A stretch of 64,000 bases of DNA from NCBI GenBank assembly GCA_963701665.1, contig OY969622.1:1056001-1120000 (forward strand). The letters are read 5' to 3'. A program made the position numbers and the translations under genes. Below, piece after piece: positions 41,542-51,064 of the stretch (position 1 is its first letter; every line of letters starts with the position of its first letter). The stretch is from Candidatus Babeliales bacterium (GTDB lineage: Bacteria; Babelota; Babeliae; Babelales; JANWKD01). Below the pieces are notes generated by a model. That model had not been told where the DNA came from. It saw only the letters and a program-made list of their open reading frames with translations, and ran no database searches.

Positions 41542-42861
41542 TTACTGTTGCAATAAAACTTTTGCAATCGCATACAATGGATATGAATGAAGTTTTTGAA
41601 ATATTGAATAGTTCAAAGTAGAAAACCGAATGCCATAAGGAGAATTCGGATGGCTTTCTAAGAATAATTGCATACTTTTAAGCGTTGTACCACTGCTGCT
41701 TTTTACTTCAATCGGCACAATAAAATCTTCATGCTGGATCAGATAATCGATTTCAGCTTGGCTGCTTCGTGCAGTTCTGTGCCAATAAAATAATGAACCT
41801 TTTTTATAAGGATTTGAATATGCCAGCATTTCTTGACCAACAAATGCCTCTACAATTTCCCCTTTATTAATAAATTGCTTCAATGGATTAACCATCCAAC
41901 TACTCATGCCTATTCCAAGAAAAACCTGAGCCAATGCTACATCCAAAAAAATTACTTTAAAATCATCAGGGTCTGCTTGGGCACCTAAGGGGATACCATT
42001 TCCAGAACTAAATAAAACCTTATTAACAACACCCGCAGTTGTTAGTAAATCAAGACAAGGGGCTAGTTCTCTTTTTTGATATTCCGTATCAACCTCACTG
42101 TATTTAAATTTTTTTCCCAATCGTAATGGAATATGATCATAGAGCAAATTCAAATATTTGATTTGGAACCTTTTGGCATATTTATTAAAATCTTGGCGAT
42201 ACGTATCAATAAGGGTCTGTTGCAACACAAAACATTCAAATGGGTCTTTATCTTTTTTTTCTTGCCAACATTGTACAATCTCAGGCATACCACCAATTGC
42301 TAAATATTCTCCCACAAATGAAAGGAGTTTTTGATGAATCGGATCACTTAAAGGAGCTTCTGGCGTATGCTTTAAAATTTCTTCTACTAAAAAATCTTGA
42401 TGCAATGCACCTAAAAACTCGATAAAGGATACAGGATACATATAAAGTGATGTTACCCTACCTACGGGAATCCCTATATACTCTGTAACAAAATCCAACA
42501 ATGAACCGGCGGCAATTACATGCAGTTCAGGCATAAGCTCGTAAAAATAACGCAATGAAGAAAAAGCTTTTGGCACCGATTGAATCTCATCAAAAAAAAG
42601 TAACGTTGTGCCAGGAACTATTTGTCGGCCAATAAATAAAGAGAGTTCACGTACAATTCTTTGAGGTTCAAGATCTTTTTCAAAAATTAATGCCACATCA
42701 GGGTTCAATTCAAAATTTATTTCAACAAAATTATCAAATAATCTTCCCAATGATCGAACAGCAAAGGTTTTACCTACCTGGCGAGCCCCTCTTAAAAGCA
42801 AGGGTTTCCGTGTTGTACTTTCTTTCCATTCTGCAAGATGCTTATCAATAAATCGCTTCAA
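41542..42861 (-). CDS. AAA_14 ATPase with DUF4143 / PD-(D/E)XK-like C-terminus
   Basis: GARQVGKT, FFDEIQ, AAGSLL, GGMPE, EIDYLI..PIEVKS. Confidence 0.92.
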   Translation of the reverse strand: MKRFIDKHLAEWKESTTRKPLLLRGARQVGKTFAVRSLGRLFDNFVEINFELNPDVALIFEKDLEPQRIVRELSLFIGRQIVPGTTLLFFDEIQSVPKAFSSLRYFYELMPELHVIAAGSLLDFVTEYIGIPVGRVTSLYMYPVSFIEFLGALHQDFLVEEILKHTPEAPLSDPIHQKLLSFVGEYLAIGGMPEIVQCWQEKKDKDPFECFVLQQTLIDTYRQDFNKYAKRFQIKYLNLLYDHIPLRLGKKFKYSEVDTEYQKRELAPCLDLLTTAGVVNKVLFSSGNGIPLGAQADPDDFKVIFLDVALAQVFLGIGMSSWMVNPLKQFINKGEIVEAFVGQEMLAYSNPYKKGSLFYWHRTARSSQAEIDYLIQHEDFIVPIEVKSSSGTTLKSMQLFLESHPNSPYGIRFSTLNYSIFQKLHSYPLYAIAKVLLQQ

Positions 42862-42886
42862 GAGAGTCCTTTCTCCTGTAAATGTT

Positions 42887-42966
42887 TAAAAATCAAACAT
42901 AATTTACCCTATTTTTGCCTAAAAATCAAACATAAATTTTCTAAATTATGTCAAAAATTCAAACAT
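42887..42966. repeat. Three direct repeats at ~33-bp spacing upstream of the AAA ATPase
   Basis: TAAAAATCAAACATAA at 42887 and 42920; CAAAAATTCAAACAT at 42952. Confidence 0.8.
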
Positions 42967-43027
42967 GCTGTCCATGCCAAAAAAATCTAATTTCTGAGCA
43001 ATCAGCTCTATTAGATTGCCATTACAA

Positions 43028-43044
43028 AAACAAGTGCAAACTTC
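43028..43044 (+). repeat. 17-bp direct repeat, right copy
   Basis: AAACAAGTGCAAACTTC, exact match to 41489-41505. Confidence 0.85.
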
Positions 43045-43179
43045 ATTCATAACTTCACTGACTTTTAAAAAAAATGAACAGCTTTCGATTGTTTCATAAT
43101 CTTTATTTTAATGTATTGACTTTTTTTTCAAATATTACGAGCATACATGCAATATGAGCCTTAGTAAGGAAAGCATTAT

Positions 43180-45006
43180 ATGATTCCATTAAAACTATAT
43201 GGTGTCTTTTTACTAATACTATGTTCAACAATGGGAAACATCTCGTGTATGGATGTTTTATCCCAAAAGCTCCCACCTCTTACTTCTAATGACAATCCCG
43301 TACCAATAACAATCCACATAATCGATAAAAATCAAGAACGCAAACATACTTCATATTGGAATCAACAGCAGTTAGCTCATGCAGCTTTTCTTGATAACCA
43401 GTTTAATTTTGATAGCAGTGATGCACTCATTGTACCGAGCGCACATGTGCCTATACATCAATTTCAAACGATAGAAAAAATTACGCACATGCTTTCGACT
43501 GCTGAATCAACACTATCTCCTGTAGAGCGAGAAATAAAAAAAATTTTAAAAAAAGTAAAGCGATCGCCTTATGCTCTTTATAGATTATGGTCAGCAGCAG
43601 ATTATTTAGACTGCCCATTTGTTTACAACTCCTGCCTTAACCATCTATTTGAAAAAACTAAAAATCATCTTGCTAGCAATAGAATAGGTCCTGCGCTTGA
43701 ACTCGTAAGCCCTGCCTATGGCATGCGCACTATGTACATCGGCTACAAATTACTGGAAACATACAAACCTTTAAGGAATTTTCTTACTCATGTAAGCAAA
43801 CAACAACACGTTCATGAAGAAACTAATGACTGGTACTCATGGGATGGTCAAGATACTATTATGTTTAAAACACTTGATTCTGCCCCTGAAACAAATATTA
43901 AATATTGGTTTGATGGAAAAACTTATATAATTCCCACTAAAAACAAGTCAGCTGTTTATCGTTCATACATTTGTCCAACGTCAAAAAAGTTTTTCTGCCT
44001 CTTTGAAGATCATTCACTCGAAGTATATGATCCCACCAATGCAACCTTATTAGGCACCAGCAAAATACCTAATCATTTATCAACAATTCGCTACTCTCCC
44101 AATCTTGGAAAATTATTACTGATCGATCAATTTAATCTTAGACAATATAATGTTGAGCAAAACAATGAATCAGTGGAAGATACCAAACAATCAATAAAAT
44201 TTGAGGAAGATCTAGTACAACCGTTGGATAGGATGAGAATTTTTGCTCACGATGAATCCACGGGAATATGCTATATTGTGTTTGAAAAAAAACATGGGAT
44301 ATTTAAGTATGATCCGACACAAAAAACTATAGAAAAACATTTTTTTACAAATCCAAAATCTAACCAAAGAGTTTTTTCAAGCTTGTGTTTATCGCATAAT
44401 AAAAAAATGCTTTATTCTCTCTCAATGCTGCAATATTATAAGAATGGCCAAAAACGACAACAAGTAGAACTTTGTTTTTGGAATATTAGAAAAAGAAAAT
44501 TGATTAAAAGTATTCCTTTACGACAATATTCAGTCTATGACCTGCTTATTTCTCCGGATGATTCTTTATTGGCACTCGAAGGATATCGTAAAAATAAGAT
44601 TATTTTGCATGATGCGACAACAGGAAAGAGAATAACCACGCTGCCCAACTGTTCTTTTCCAGCTGCATTTTCGTCAGATAGCAACACCTTAGCAGCAAAG
44701 ACAAAAAATGGATTTGTGGAACACACATTACATGATGAAACTCTTGAAAAGAAATTACTCACGTATTCTGCTGAACATATAGCATTATTAGCTGCCTGCG
44801 CTAAACCAAGAACACCTCATGAACCAAACTGGGATGAAATGCAGTATTATGTTAGGAACACTGAAAATACAAAACATCTCCTCTCGGAATTACCCGAATC
44901 ATTACAAAAACATCTTTCTTCATTCGCCTCAATCCCTGATGCATCGCACTCAAAACAAAAAAAATTAAAAAAATTTAGACAACGAGCACGCAAAAGATTA
45001 CATTAG
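43180..45006 (+). CDS. Secreted protein with SKP1/BTB-like N-domain, WD40-like propeller and basic C-terminal tail
   Basis: Signal peptide ISC|MD; LYRLWSAADYLDC; ISPDDSLLA..ILHDATTGK; AFSSDSNTLA; KQKKLKKFRQRARKR. Confidence 0.75.
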   Translation: MIPLKLYGVFLLILCSTMGNISCMDVLSQKLPPLTSNDNPVPITIHIIDKNQERKHTSYWNQQQLAHAAFLDNQFNFDSSDALIVPSAHVPIHQFQTIEKITHMLSTAESTLSPVEREIKKILKKVKRSPYALYRLWSAADYLDCPFVYNSCLNHLFEKTKNHLASNRIGPALELVSPAYGMRTMYIGYKLLETYKPLRNFLTHVSKQQHVHEETNDWYSWDGQDTIMFKTLDSAPETNIKYWFDGKTYIIPTKNKSAVYRSYICPTSKKFFCLFEDHSLEVYDPTNATLLGTSKIPNHLSTIRYSPNLGKLLLIDQFNLRQYNVEQNNESVEDTKQSIKFEEDLVQPLDRMRIFAHDESTGICYIVFEKKHGIFKYDPTQKTIEKHFFTNPKSNQRVFSSLCLSHNKKMLYSLSMLQYYKNGQKRQQVELCFWNIRKRKLIKSIPLRQYSVYDLLISPDDSLLALEGYRKNKIILHDATTGKRITTLPNCSFPAAFSSDSNTLAAKTKNGFVEHTLHDETLEKKLLTYSAEHIALLAACAKPRTPHEPNWDEMQYYVRNTENTKHLLSELPESLQKHLSSFASIPDASHSKQKKLKKFRQRARKRLH

Positions 45007-45046
45007 GAAATGTTTATAGTTTTTTAACAGCTCTTGTCGCACTAAT

Positions 45047-46015
45047 TTGAAAATAACTGCACAATCATGTCTTGCATGGCTTTTTAATTTTTTTCATGTA
45101 CAGATTTTTCTCACGCTTATTTCTTTACCATTTCTTGTTGCATGGGGATTACCGCTTTCGCTCATGGCTCCCATCGGCAATATTATCTTTTTACCTTTTT
45201 TAACCATATTTTTATTCGTCGCTACGCTGATTTTCTTTTTTGAGCTGTGCGCGATTCCCAATATGTTTCTCATCTACGTGCTTGAAAAAATAATTTCAAT
45301 CTGGTTGTATCTGATGAGTTTTAGCAGCAAAACATGGCTCATTAGTTTTGCAAAACCGTCATTGCTTTTTCTCGTGTGCATGCCTATTTGCGCACTCGCC
45401 ATTCTTTTTAAAAAAAAACGAGTGAGTCATTATTACACAACGCTCGCATTGCTCGCCACCTTATTATTTTTCTGCGCGTGTTTGAAATATCCATTTCTTC
45501 CCTCAACAGAATTAGTAATAACAGTTCCTTGCAATAAAGGTGAAATTATTATGGTGCGCAACAATGCGCAAATAAGCATTATCGATCCTGGCTATCTTGG
45601 GCAAACGATTTCTAGCCCGACATGGATAGAATTTACCCTTGTGCCCTTATTGAACCAACATTTTGGTTCTCAAACAATTCATCATTTAATAGTATTGCAA
45701 CCAAGCATCATGACTTTTGCGTGCGTGGAAAAACTGTGTCAACTGTGCACGGTGCGACATTGTTATATTCCTTTATGGCAAGGCAATGCCGATAAACCAT
45801 TATTGCGTTCCTATGGCTATATGAGACGTGCGCTGGAAAAAAATAAAACTGATTTGATACGTATAAAAAATACACCATTAATCGTGAATGCTAGTACCAT
45901 CTCTCCTCTTGAACAGGCCATAGTGTATAAAGATATCACGTTTCAGGCTATGCGTGTGAACGTTTTATTGAAAGAGAAAAAACTTGAAATTTATTCAGCT
46001 AAAAAGCAAAAATGA
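45047..46015 (+). CDS. Membrane protein resembling the C-terminal part of ComEC/Rec2 with a degenerate MBL domain
   Basis: SLMAPIGNIIFLP TM motif, IIDPG; no HxHxDH. Confidence 0.55.
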   Translation: MKITAQSCLAWLFNFFHVQIFLTLISLPFLVAWGLPLSLMAPIGNIIFLPFLTIFLFVATLIFFFELCAIPNMFLIYVLEKIISIWLYLMSFSSKTWLISFAKPSLLFLVCMPICALAILFKKKRVSHYYTTLALLATLLFFCACLKYPFLPSTELVITVPCNKGEIIMVRNNAQISIIDPGYLGQTISSPTWIEFTLVPLLNQHFGSQTIHHLIVLQPSIMTFACVEKLCQLCTVRHCYIPLWQGNADKPLLRSYGYMRRALEKNKTDLIRIKNTPLIVNASTISPLEQAIVYKDITFQAMRVNVLLKEKKLEIYSAKKQK

Positions 46016-46046
46016 TATACTGGAATAATAACCAAAAGGAGCCCCT

Positions 46047-47876
46047 TTGCAAAAAGTTGATGCTAAAGACACGATTCACATTGCTCAACCAAAAAAAAAG
46101 ATTAAACCGACTAAAGTTATTTTAAAACTGCTTCCTTATTTGTGGATCACTGATTGGCGACTCCGCGCACGCGTATGCTTATCAATTTTTTTTATCATAA
46201 TAAGCATGGCTCTCAATCTGAGCATCCCTTTAGTATTAAAAAAATTAATTTCTTTATTTGAACTTTCAACACGCCCAGTTTTCATCACCCAACTGTTTTT
46301 GATCGCCTATGGCGTTTTGTGGACACTCAGCCAAATCACTATTCAAATGCGTGAGATAGTTATGTTTCGCGTCATGGAACGCGGCATTCGATTATTAAGC
46401 TTAAAATTATTTCAACATTTTCAAGCACTTTCATTGCGCTTTCATGTTGCACGCAAAACGGGTGCCATCGTAAGTGCCATCGAACGAGCGCAAGATAGTT
46501 TCCCCGATATTTTTTGGGGTATTTTTCTTTCAATAATTCCGACCATAGCAGAAGTACTTATTGCCATGGCTATTTTGTGGTATATGTATGGCTTTCAATA
46601 TGGGCTCACACTTTTTTCTATTTTAGTAAGTTATATAATTTTTAGTTCCATAAGTATGGAATGGTCAACAAAAGCGCAACGAATATCTAATGAAAAAAAA
46701 TTGAATGCAGGCGCGCGTATCGTTGATAGTTTGCTCAATTTCGAAACAGTAAAATATTTTAGTAATCAAAAATTTGAAATTGAACAAACCAACAAAATTT
46801 TAAAAGAGCGTGAAGACGCAACAACCAATTATCATATCACGACGGAATTAGTGCACCTGGGTCAAGGCATCGTTTTAGGCATAGGGCTCATCACATTGAC
46901 TTGGATGGTAGGTAACAACGTTATTAAAGGTACGATGAATGTGAGTGATTTCATTTTAATTAATGGGTACCTCATTCAGTTTGTTACGCCACTCAGTTGG
47001 TTTGGTTATGTTTTGCGTAAACTGCGCAAAGGCCTCACCGATATGGAAGCGGTGTTTAATCTCTTGCAGTTAAAACCTGAAATTGTCGATGCACCGAACG
47101 CCATCTCATTGCATATCACACAAGCAACAATCAAATTCGATCATGTTTATTTTTGGTATGATGCTCGCCGTCCCATTTTAAAAGATGTCAATTTTTCAGT
47201 CCCGGTAGGGCAAACTGTTGCAATCGTCGGGCCAACCGGTTCAGGAAAATCAACTATCGCGCGTTTGCTTTTTAGATTTTATGATGTGAACGAGGGCAGC
47301 ATCAAAATTAATGATCATGATATACGCTCGATTACTCAAGAATCTTTGCAAAAAATCATGGGGATCGTTCCCCAAGATACCGTACTTTTTAATAACTCGC
47401 TGTATTACAATGTTGCTTATGGCGATATACATGCCAGCCCAGAAGATGTTGAGCATGCCATCAAACTTGCTCATTTAGATGGTTTTATTAAACGACTTCC
47501 CGAGGGTCTTAACACGCCGGTTGGCGAACGAGGGTTGAAATTATCAGGCGGCGAAAAACAACGAGTGGCGATTGCACGTGTGCTTTTGCATAAACCCGTT
47601 ATCTACATCTTTGACGAGGCCACCTCAGCACTCGACACGCACACAGAACAAGAAATCCAAAAAAACTTGGAAGAAATCTCTGCCGGATCAACGACCCTCA
47701 TTATTGCCCACCGCCTTTCGACGGTCACCCATGCTGATACCATCATTGTTCTAGAGCACGGCTCTATTGTTGAACAAGGCTCCCATAGAGAATTACTCAA
47801 AAAAGGCGGATTATATGCCCGATTATGGGCAAAACAAGCACAGGAATGCGAAGAGTTCGTTGAGTCAATTTCTTAG
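46047..47876 (+). CDS. ATM1/ABCB7-like ABC exporter (fused TMD-NBD)
   Basis: LSLRFHVARKTG, DSLLNFETVKYF, GPTGSGKST, GERGLKLSGGEKQR, DEATSALD. Confidence 0.93.
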   Translation: MQKVDAKDTIHIAQPKKKIKPTKVILKLLPYLWITDWRLRARVCLSIFFIIISMALNLSIPLVLKKLISLFELSTRPVFITQLFLIAYGVLWTLSQITIQMREIVMFRVMERGIRLLSLKLFQHFQALSLRFHVARKTGAIVSAIERAQDSFPDIFWGIFLSIIPTIAEVLIAMAILWYMYGFQYGLTLFSILVSYIIFSSISMEWSTKAQRISNEKKLNAGARIVDSLLNFETVKYFSNQKFEIEQTNKILKEREDATTNYHITTELVHLGQGIVLGIGLITLTWMVGNNVIKGTMNVSDFILINGYLIQFVTPLSWFGYVLRKLRKGLTDMEAVFNLLQLKPEIVDAPNAISLHITQATIKFDHVYFWYDARRPILKDVNFSVPVGQTVAIVGPTGSGKSTIARLLFRFYDVNEGSIKINDHDIRSITQESLQKIMGIVPQDTVLFNNSLYYNVAYGDIHASPEDVEHAIKLAHLDGFIKRLPEGLNTPVGERGLKLSGGEKQRVAIARVLLHKPVIYIFDEATSALDTHTEQEIQKNLEEISAGSTTLIIAHRLSTVTHADTIIVLEHGSIVEQGSHRELLKKGGLYARLWAKQAQECEEFVESIS

Positions 47877-47889
47877 TAGCCCCCTCGAT

Positions 47890-48053
47890 GTCATCATGAG
47901 GAGCCGTCCTACTTCGCCAAGGCTTCGCAGGATCCGCAAGAAGCGGCCTGTCCGACATAGTTTTAACGAAGGCGGAACGTAGTGATCCAGTCTTTATAAT
48001 GAAAAATCCTAATTAGACCTGGATTCCTACGGCACAAGGTGCCTCAGAATGAC
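47890..48053 (-). repeat. Palindromic intergenic repeat, copy 8 (divergent core plus two modules)
   Basis: GTCATCATGAG-[CCTACTTCGCCAAGGCTTCGCAGGAT][CCTGTCCGACATAGTTTTAACGAAGGCGGA]-CGTAGTGATCCAG...CTGGATTCCTACG..CTCAGAATGAC. Confidence 0.9.
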
Positions 48054-48237
48054 ACTTCTCCTAAACCATGCTTTTTCTTCAATTCCTTTTCTTGATAACG
48101 CTTAGTAAAAAGTGCAAATTATTCCAAGAAATCAGCTCTTAAATTTGCCAATTAAGCAATTTCATGCTACGCTGCTAGCTGTATTATTATATGTTTAACC
48201 CCTTAAACCCCTCTCACTCTTTAGGAGTCTTTTTTAC

Positions 48238-50088
48238 ATGTCAAAAGAAGTAATCAAAAGTAGTCAGTTTGCACACGTCAAACAGCAATCAATCGATGAA
48301 GCACTAAACCTAAATCAAGAACAACACAAAGAACTTGCCTCGTTATATGAGGGTATTGTAGACCTCTTTAAACCGGGCAAAATTGTTATTGGTAGAGTTA
48401 TTAAGGCTGATTCTGATGGCGTTTTAGTGGATATTGGTTATAAATCTCATGGCCAAATCCCTCATTATGAATTTTCAGAGCATGAATTTAAAAAATTAGC
48501 ACCCAACAGTGAAATTGAAGTTATCCTTGATGAGCTTGAAAACCTTGAAGGAAACTTAAGCCTTTCTTATGAAAAAGCAAAGGCACTTCGTGCTTGGGAC
48601 TCAATTACGAAACTCTATGAAGAAAATAAGCCGGTGGAAGGTATAGTCACTCATAAAGTACGTGGCGGACTTAGCGTCGATATCGGCGTTCCAGCATTTT
48701 TACCTGGCTCACAAGTAGACGTACAACGCGTTAATGACTTTGATCAATATGTTAATCAAACCATTACAGCGTATATTATTAAAATTAACCAAAAACGCGG
48801 CAACGTTATCATTTCTCGCCGTAAATTCTTAAATGATCAACGCCAAGAATCTCGTAAGAAAGTACTCGATCAACTTAAAGTTGACCAAGTTATTCAAGGT
48901 GTTGTTAAAAATATTACCAATTACGGAGCCTTCATTGATATCGGCGGTGTTGATGGTCTTCTTCATATTACTGATATGACCTGGGGACGCATTGCACATC
49001 CGAGCGAACTTCTTAAAATTGGTGATAAAATTTCTGTCAAAGTTCTTTCATTCGATCCTAATAATGAAAAGATCTCGCTTGGCATGAAACAATTAACCGA
49101 TAATCCATGGGCACACATTAGTGAAGAGTTCACCGTTGGTTCAAAAATCAAAGGCAAAATCTCAAGCATCACCGATTATGGATTATTCATTGAAATTCAA
49201 AAAGGCGTTGAAGGACTTGTTCATATTTCTGAAATATCATGGACCGATAGAATTCATGATTTGCATAAGCATTTCAAAGTAGGCGATGTCATCGAAGTGC
49301 TCATTGTCTCTATGGATAAAGAAAACAGAAGAATGTCACTCAGCATCAAGCAATTGCAGAAGAATCCATGGCAGGCTATTGGTGAACAGTTCAAAATTGG
49401 TCAAAAGATCAAAGGCAATATTAGCAACATCACTGATTTTGGGATCTTTGTTCAACTTATACCTGGCATCGACGGTTTAGTACATATTTCCGACCTTTCT
49501 TGGACTGAACATGTTACTCATCCGAGTGATATTTATAAGAAAGGTGAAGAAGTTGAAGCTGTTGTGCTTGCTATTGATGAAGCGAATAAGCGTATATCAC
49601 TTGGCATTAAACAACTGCAACCAAATCCTTGGGAAATGATTGAACAAGAATATCCTGTTGGCAAAATCATCGAAGGTGAAGTTTCAAAAATTACCAATTT
49701 TGGTGCATTCATCAAGCTTCCTATCGGCATTGAAGGACTTGTCCATATTTCTGAACTTTCAAAAAATAACGTAGAAAACGTTAATGAAATTCTTAAAGTC
49801 GGACAAAAATATCCTTTCCGTGTTATTAAGGTCAGCAGAGAAGAGCACAAATTAGGATTAAGCTTGAAACTAACTGATGACGAAGAAGTAAAAGAGAAGA
49901 AACCGAAAAGAGAAGCTTCTCAATCTTCTGAACGCTCGCCTAAGAGAGAAAAACGCTCGTCCTATGATCACTCAATGAGTTCTTCTTCGCAACAAACGGG
50001 TGCAAAACCTAAATCACTCCTGCAAATTGAGCTTGAAAAATTGGCTGCTCGAAATGGCTCTGATGATAGATCAGGAAATGAAAGGTAG
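48238..50088 (+). CDS. rpsA: 30S ribosomal protein S1
   Basis: Six S1 repeats (AFLPGSQ, YGAFIDIGGVDGLLH, EGLVHISE). Confidence 0.97.
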   Translation: MSKEVIKSSQFAHVKQQSIDEALNLNQEQHKELASLYEGIVDLFKPGKIVIGRVIKADSDGVLVDIGYKSHGQIPHYEFSEHEFKKLAPNSEIEVILDELENLEGNLSLSYEKAKALRAWDSITKLYEENKPVEGIVTHKVRGGLSVDIGVPAFLPGSQVDVQRVNDFDQYVNQTITAYIIKINQKRGNVIISRRKFLNDQRQESRKKVLDQLKVDQVIQGVVKNITNYGAFIDIGGVDGLLHITDMTWGRIAHPSELLKIGDKISVKVLSFDPNNEKISLGMKQLTDNPWAHISEEFTVGSKIKGKISSITDYGLFIEIQKGVEGLVHISEISWTDRIHDLHKHFKVGDVIEVLIVSMDKENRRMSLSIKQLQKNPWQAIGEQFKIGQKIKGNISNITDFGIFVQLIPGIDGLVHISDLSWTEHVTHPSDIYKKGEEVEAVVLAIDEANKRISLGIKQLQPNPWEMIEQEYPVGKIIEGEVSKITNFGAFIKLPIGIEGLVHISELSKNNVENVNEILKVGQKYPFRVIKVSREEHKLGLSLKLTDDEEVKEKKPKREASQSSERSPKREKRSSYDHSMSSSSQQTGAKPKSLLQIELEKLAARNGSDDRSGNER

Positions 50089-50097
50089 TATCCATCA

Positions 50098-50508
50098 ATG
50101 TTAGAAAAAACCTTTGCCATTATTAAACCGCATGCAGTTGCTGACAAACTTTCAGGCGCAGTCATAAGTCTGATTGAAGGGAATGGTTTTGAGATTCTTG
50201 GTATGCGTAAAATGCGTCTTACCAAGGAACAAGCAGAACATTTTTATGCTGTGCATAACAGTAAACCGTTTTTTGCTGATTTGGTAAAAAATATCACCGG
50301 CGGGCCTGTCATTGTACTTGTCTTACAAAAAGAACAAGGCATTAAGGCTTGGCGTGATTTGATGGGAGCGACTGATCCATCCAAAGCAGCAACAGGCACC
50401 ATCCGTAAACTATACGGAACCTCATTGGATTTCAATGTAGTGCATGGTTCTGATGCGCCAGAAACGGCAAAAGCTGAAATAAAACAGTTCTTTCCAGAAC
50501 TTGCATAA
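50098..50508 (+). CDS. ndk: Nucleoside diphosphate kinase
   Basis: TFAIIKP, WRDLMGAT, GTIR, NVVHGSD. Confidence 0.96.
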   Translation: MLEKTFAIIKPHAVADKLSGAVISLIEGNGFEILGMRKMRLTKEQAEHFYAVHNSKPFFADLVKNITGGPVIVLVLQKEQGIKAWRDLMGATDPSKAATGTIRKLYGTSLDFNVVHGSDAPETAKAEIKQFFPELA

Positions 50509-50536
50509 ATAACTTTATTTTAAATAAAGAAACTTT

Positions 50537-50570
50537 AAGGAGCAGAAAATTTTTTCTGCTCCTTTTTTTT
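50537..50570 (+). terminator. Intrinsic terminator of rpsA-ndk
   Basis: AAGGAGCAGAAA/TTTCTGCTCCTT stem plus T run. Confidence 0.85.
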
Positions 50571-50657
50571 ATACTAATCTTTAATATATTTTCATTTATT
50601 CCACTTTTATATTATAGTGATTATCACTATTCAATACGTAATATTAAAGGAAAAATC

Positions 50658-50999
50658 ATGAAATATTCTCACATAATTTTTACAGGAATTATTTTTTATT
50701 GTTCCAGTGTTCATCCTATGGAAAAACAAAACGGGTTCACAGAAAGCGAATTGAAACAACAACAGGACCGTCTTTTAGCAACGCTCAGAGAAGCGCACAA
50801 ACAACGTGGACAATATAGCCAGACACCCAATGTAGAAAAACAAGATAGCTTGGACAAAGAAGCTTTTCTAGCACGACTTAAAAACGCTCATACTGATTGG
50901 ATAACACAAGAAGCATTGGGAGAAAAGCACAACAAGAAACCTGTTGATAGCGATGAAGTCAGAGAAATACAAGGATTAGAAAAGAAGCTAAATAAGTAA
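50658..50999 (+). CDS. Small secreted hypothetical protein
   Basis: AAGGA RBS; signal peptide VHP|ME. Confidence 0.7.
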   Translation: MKYSHIIFTGIIFYCSSVHPMEKQNGFTESELKQQQDRLLATLREAHKQRGQYSQTPNVEKQDSLDKEAFLARLKNAHTDWITQEALGEKHNKKPVDSDEVREIQGLEKKLNK

Positions 51000-51064
51000 T
51001 CTTTAAGCTTTTTTGATATCCGTATTATTTCAACGGTAGGGCCATTCCTGGAAACAATTCAAGC

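Noticed and set aside
47767..47982. 71-aa ORF
   Set aside because: It overlaps the ABC transporter end out of frame and runs into repeat copy 8.
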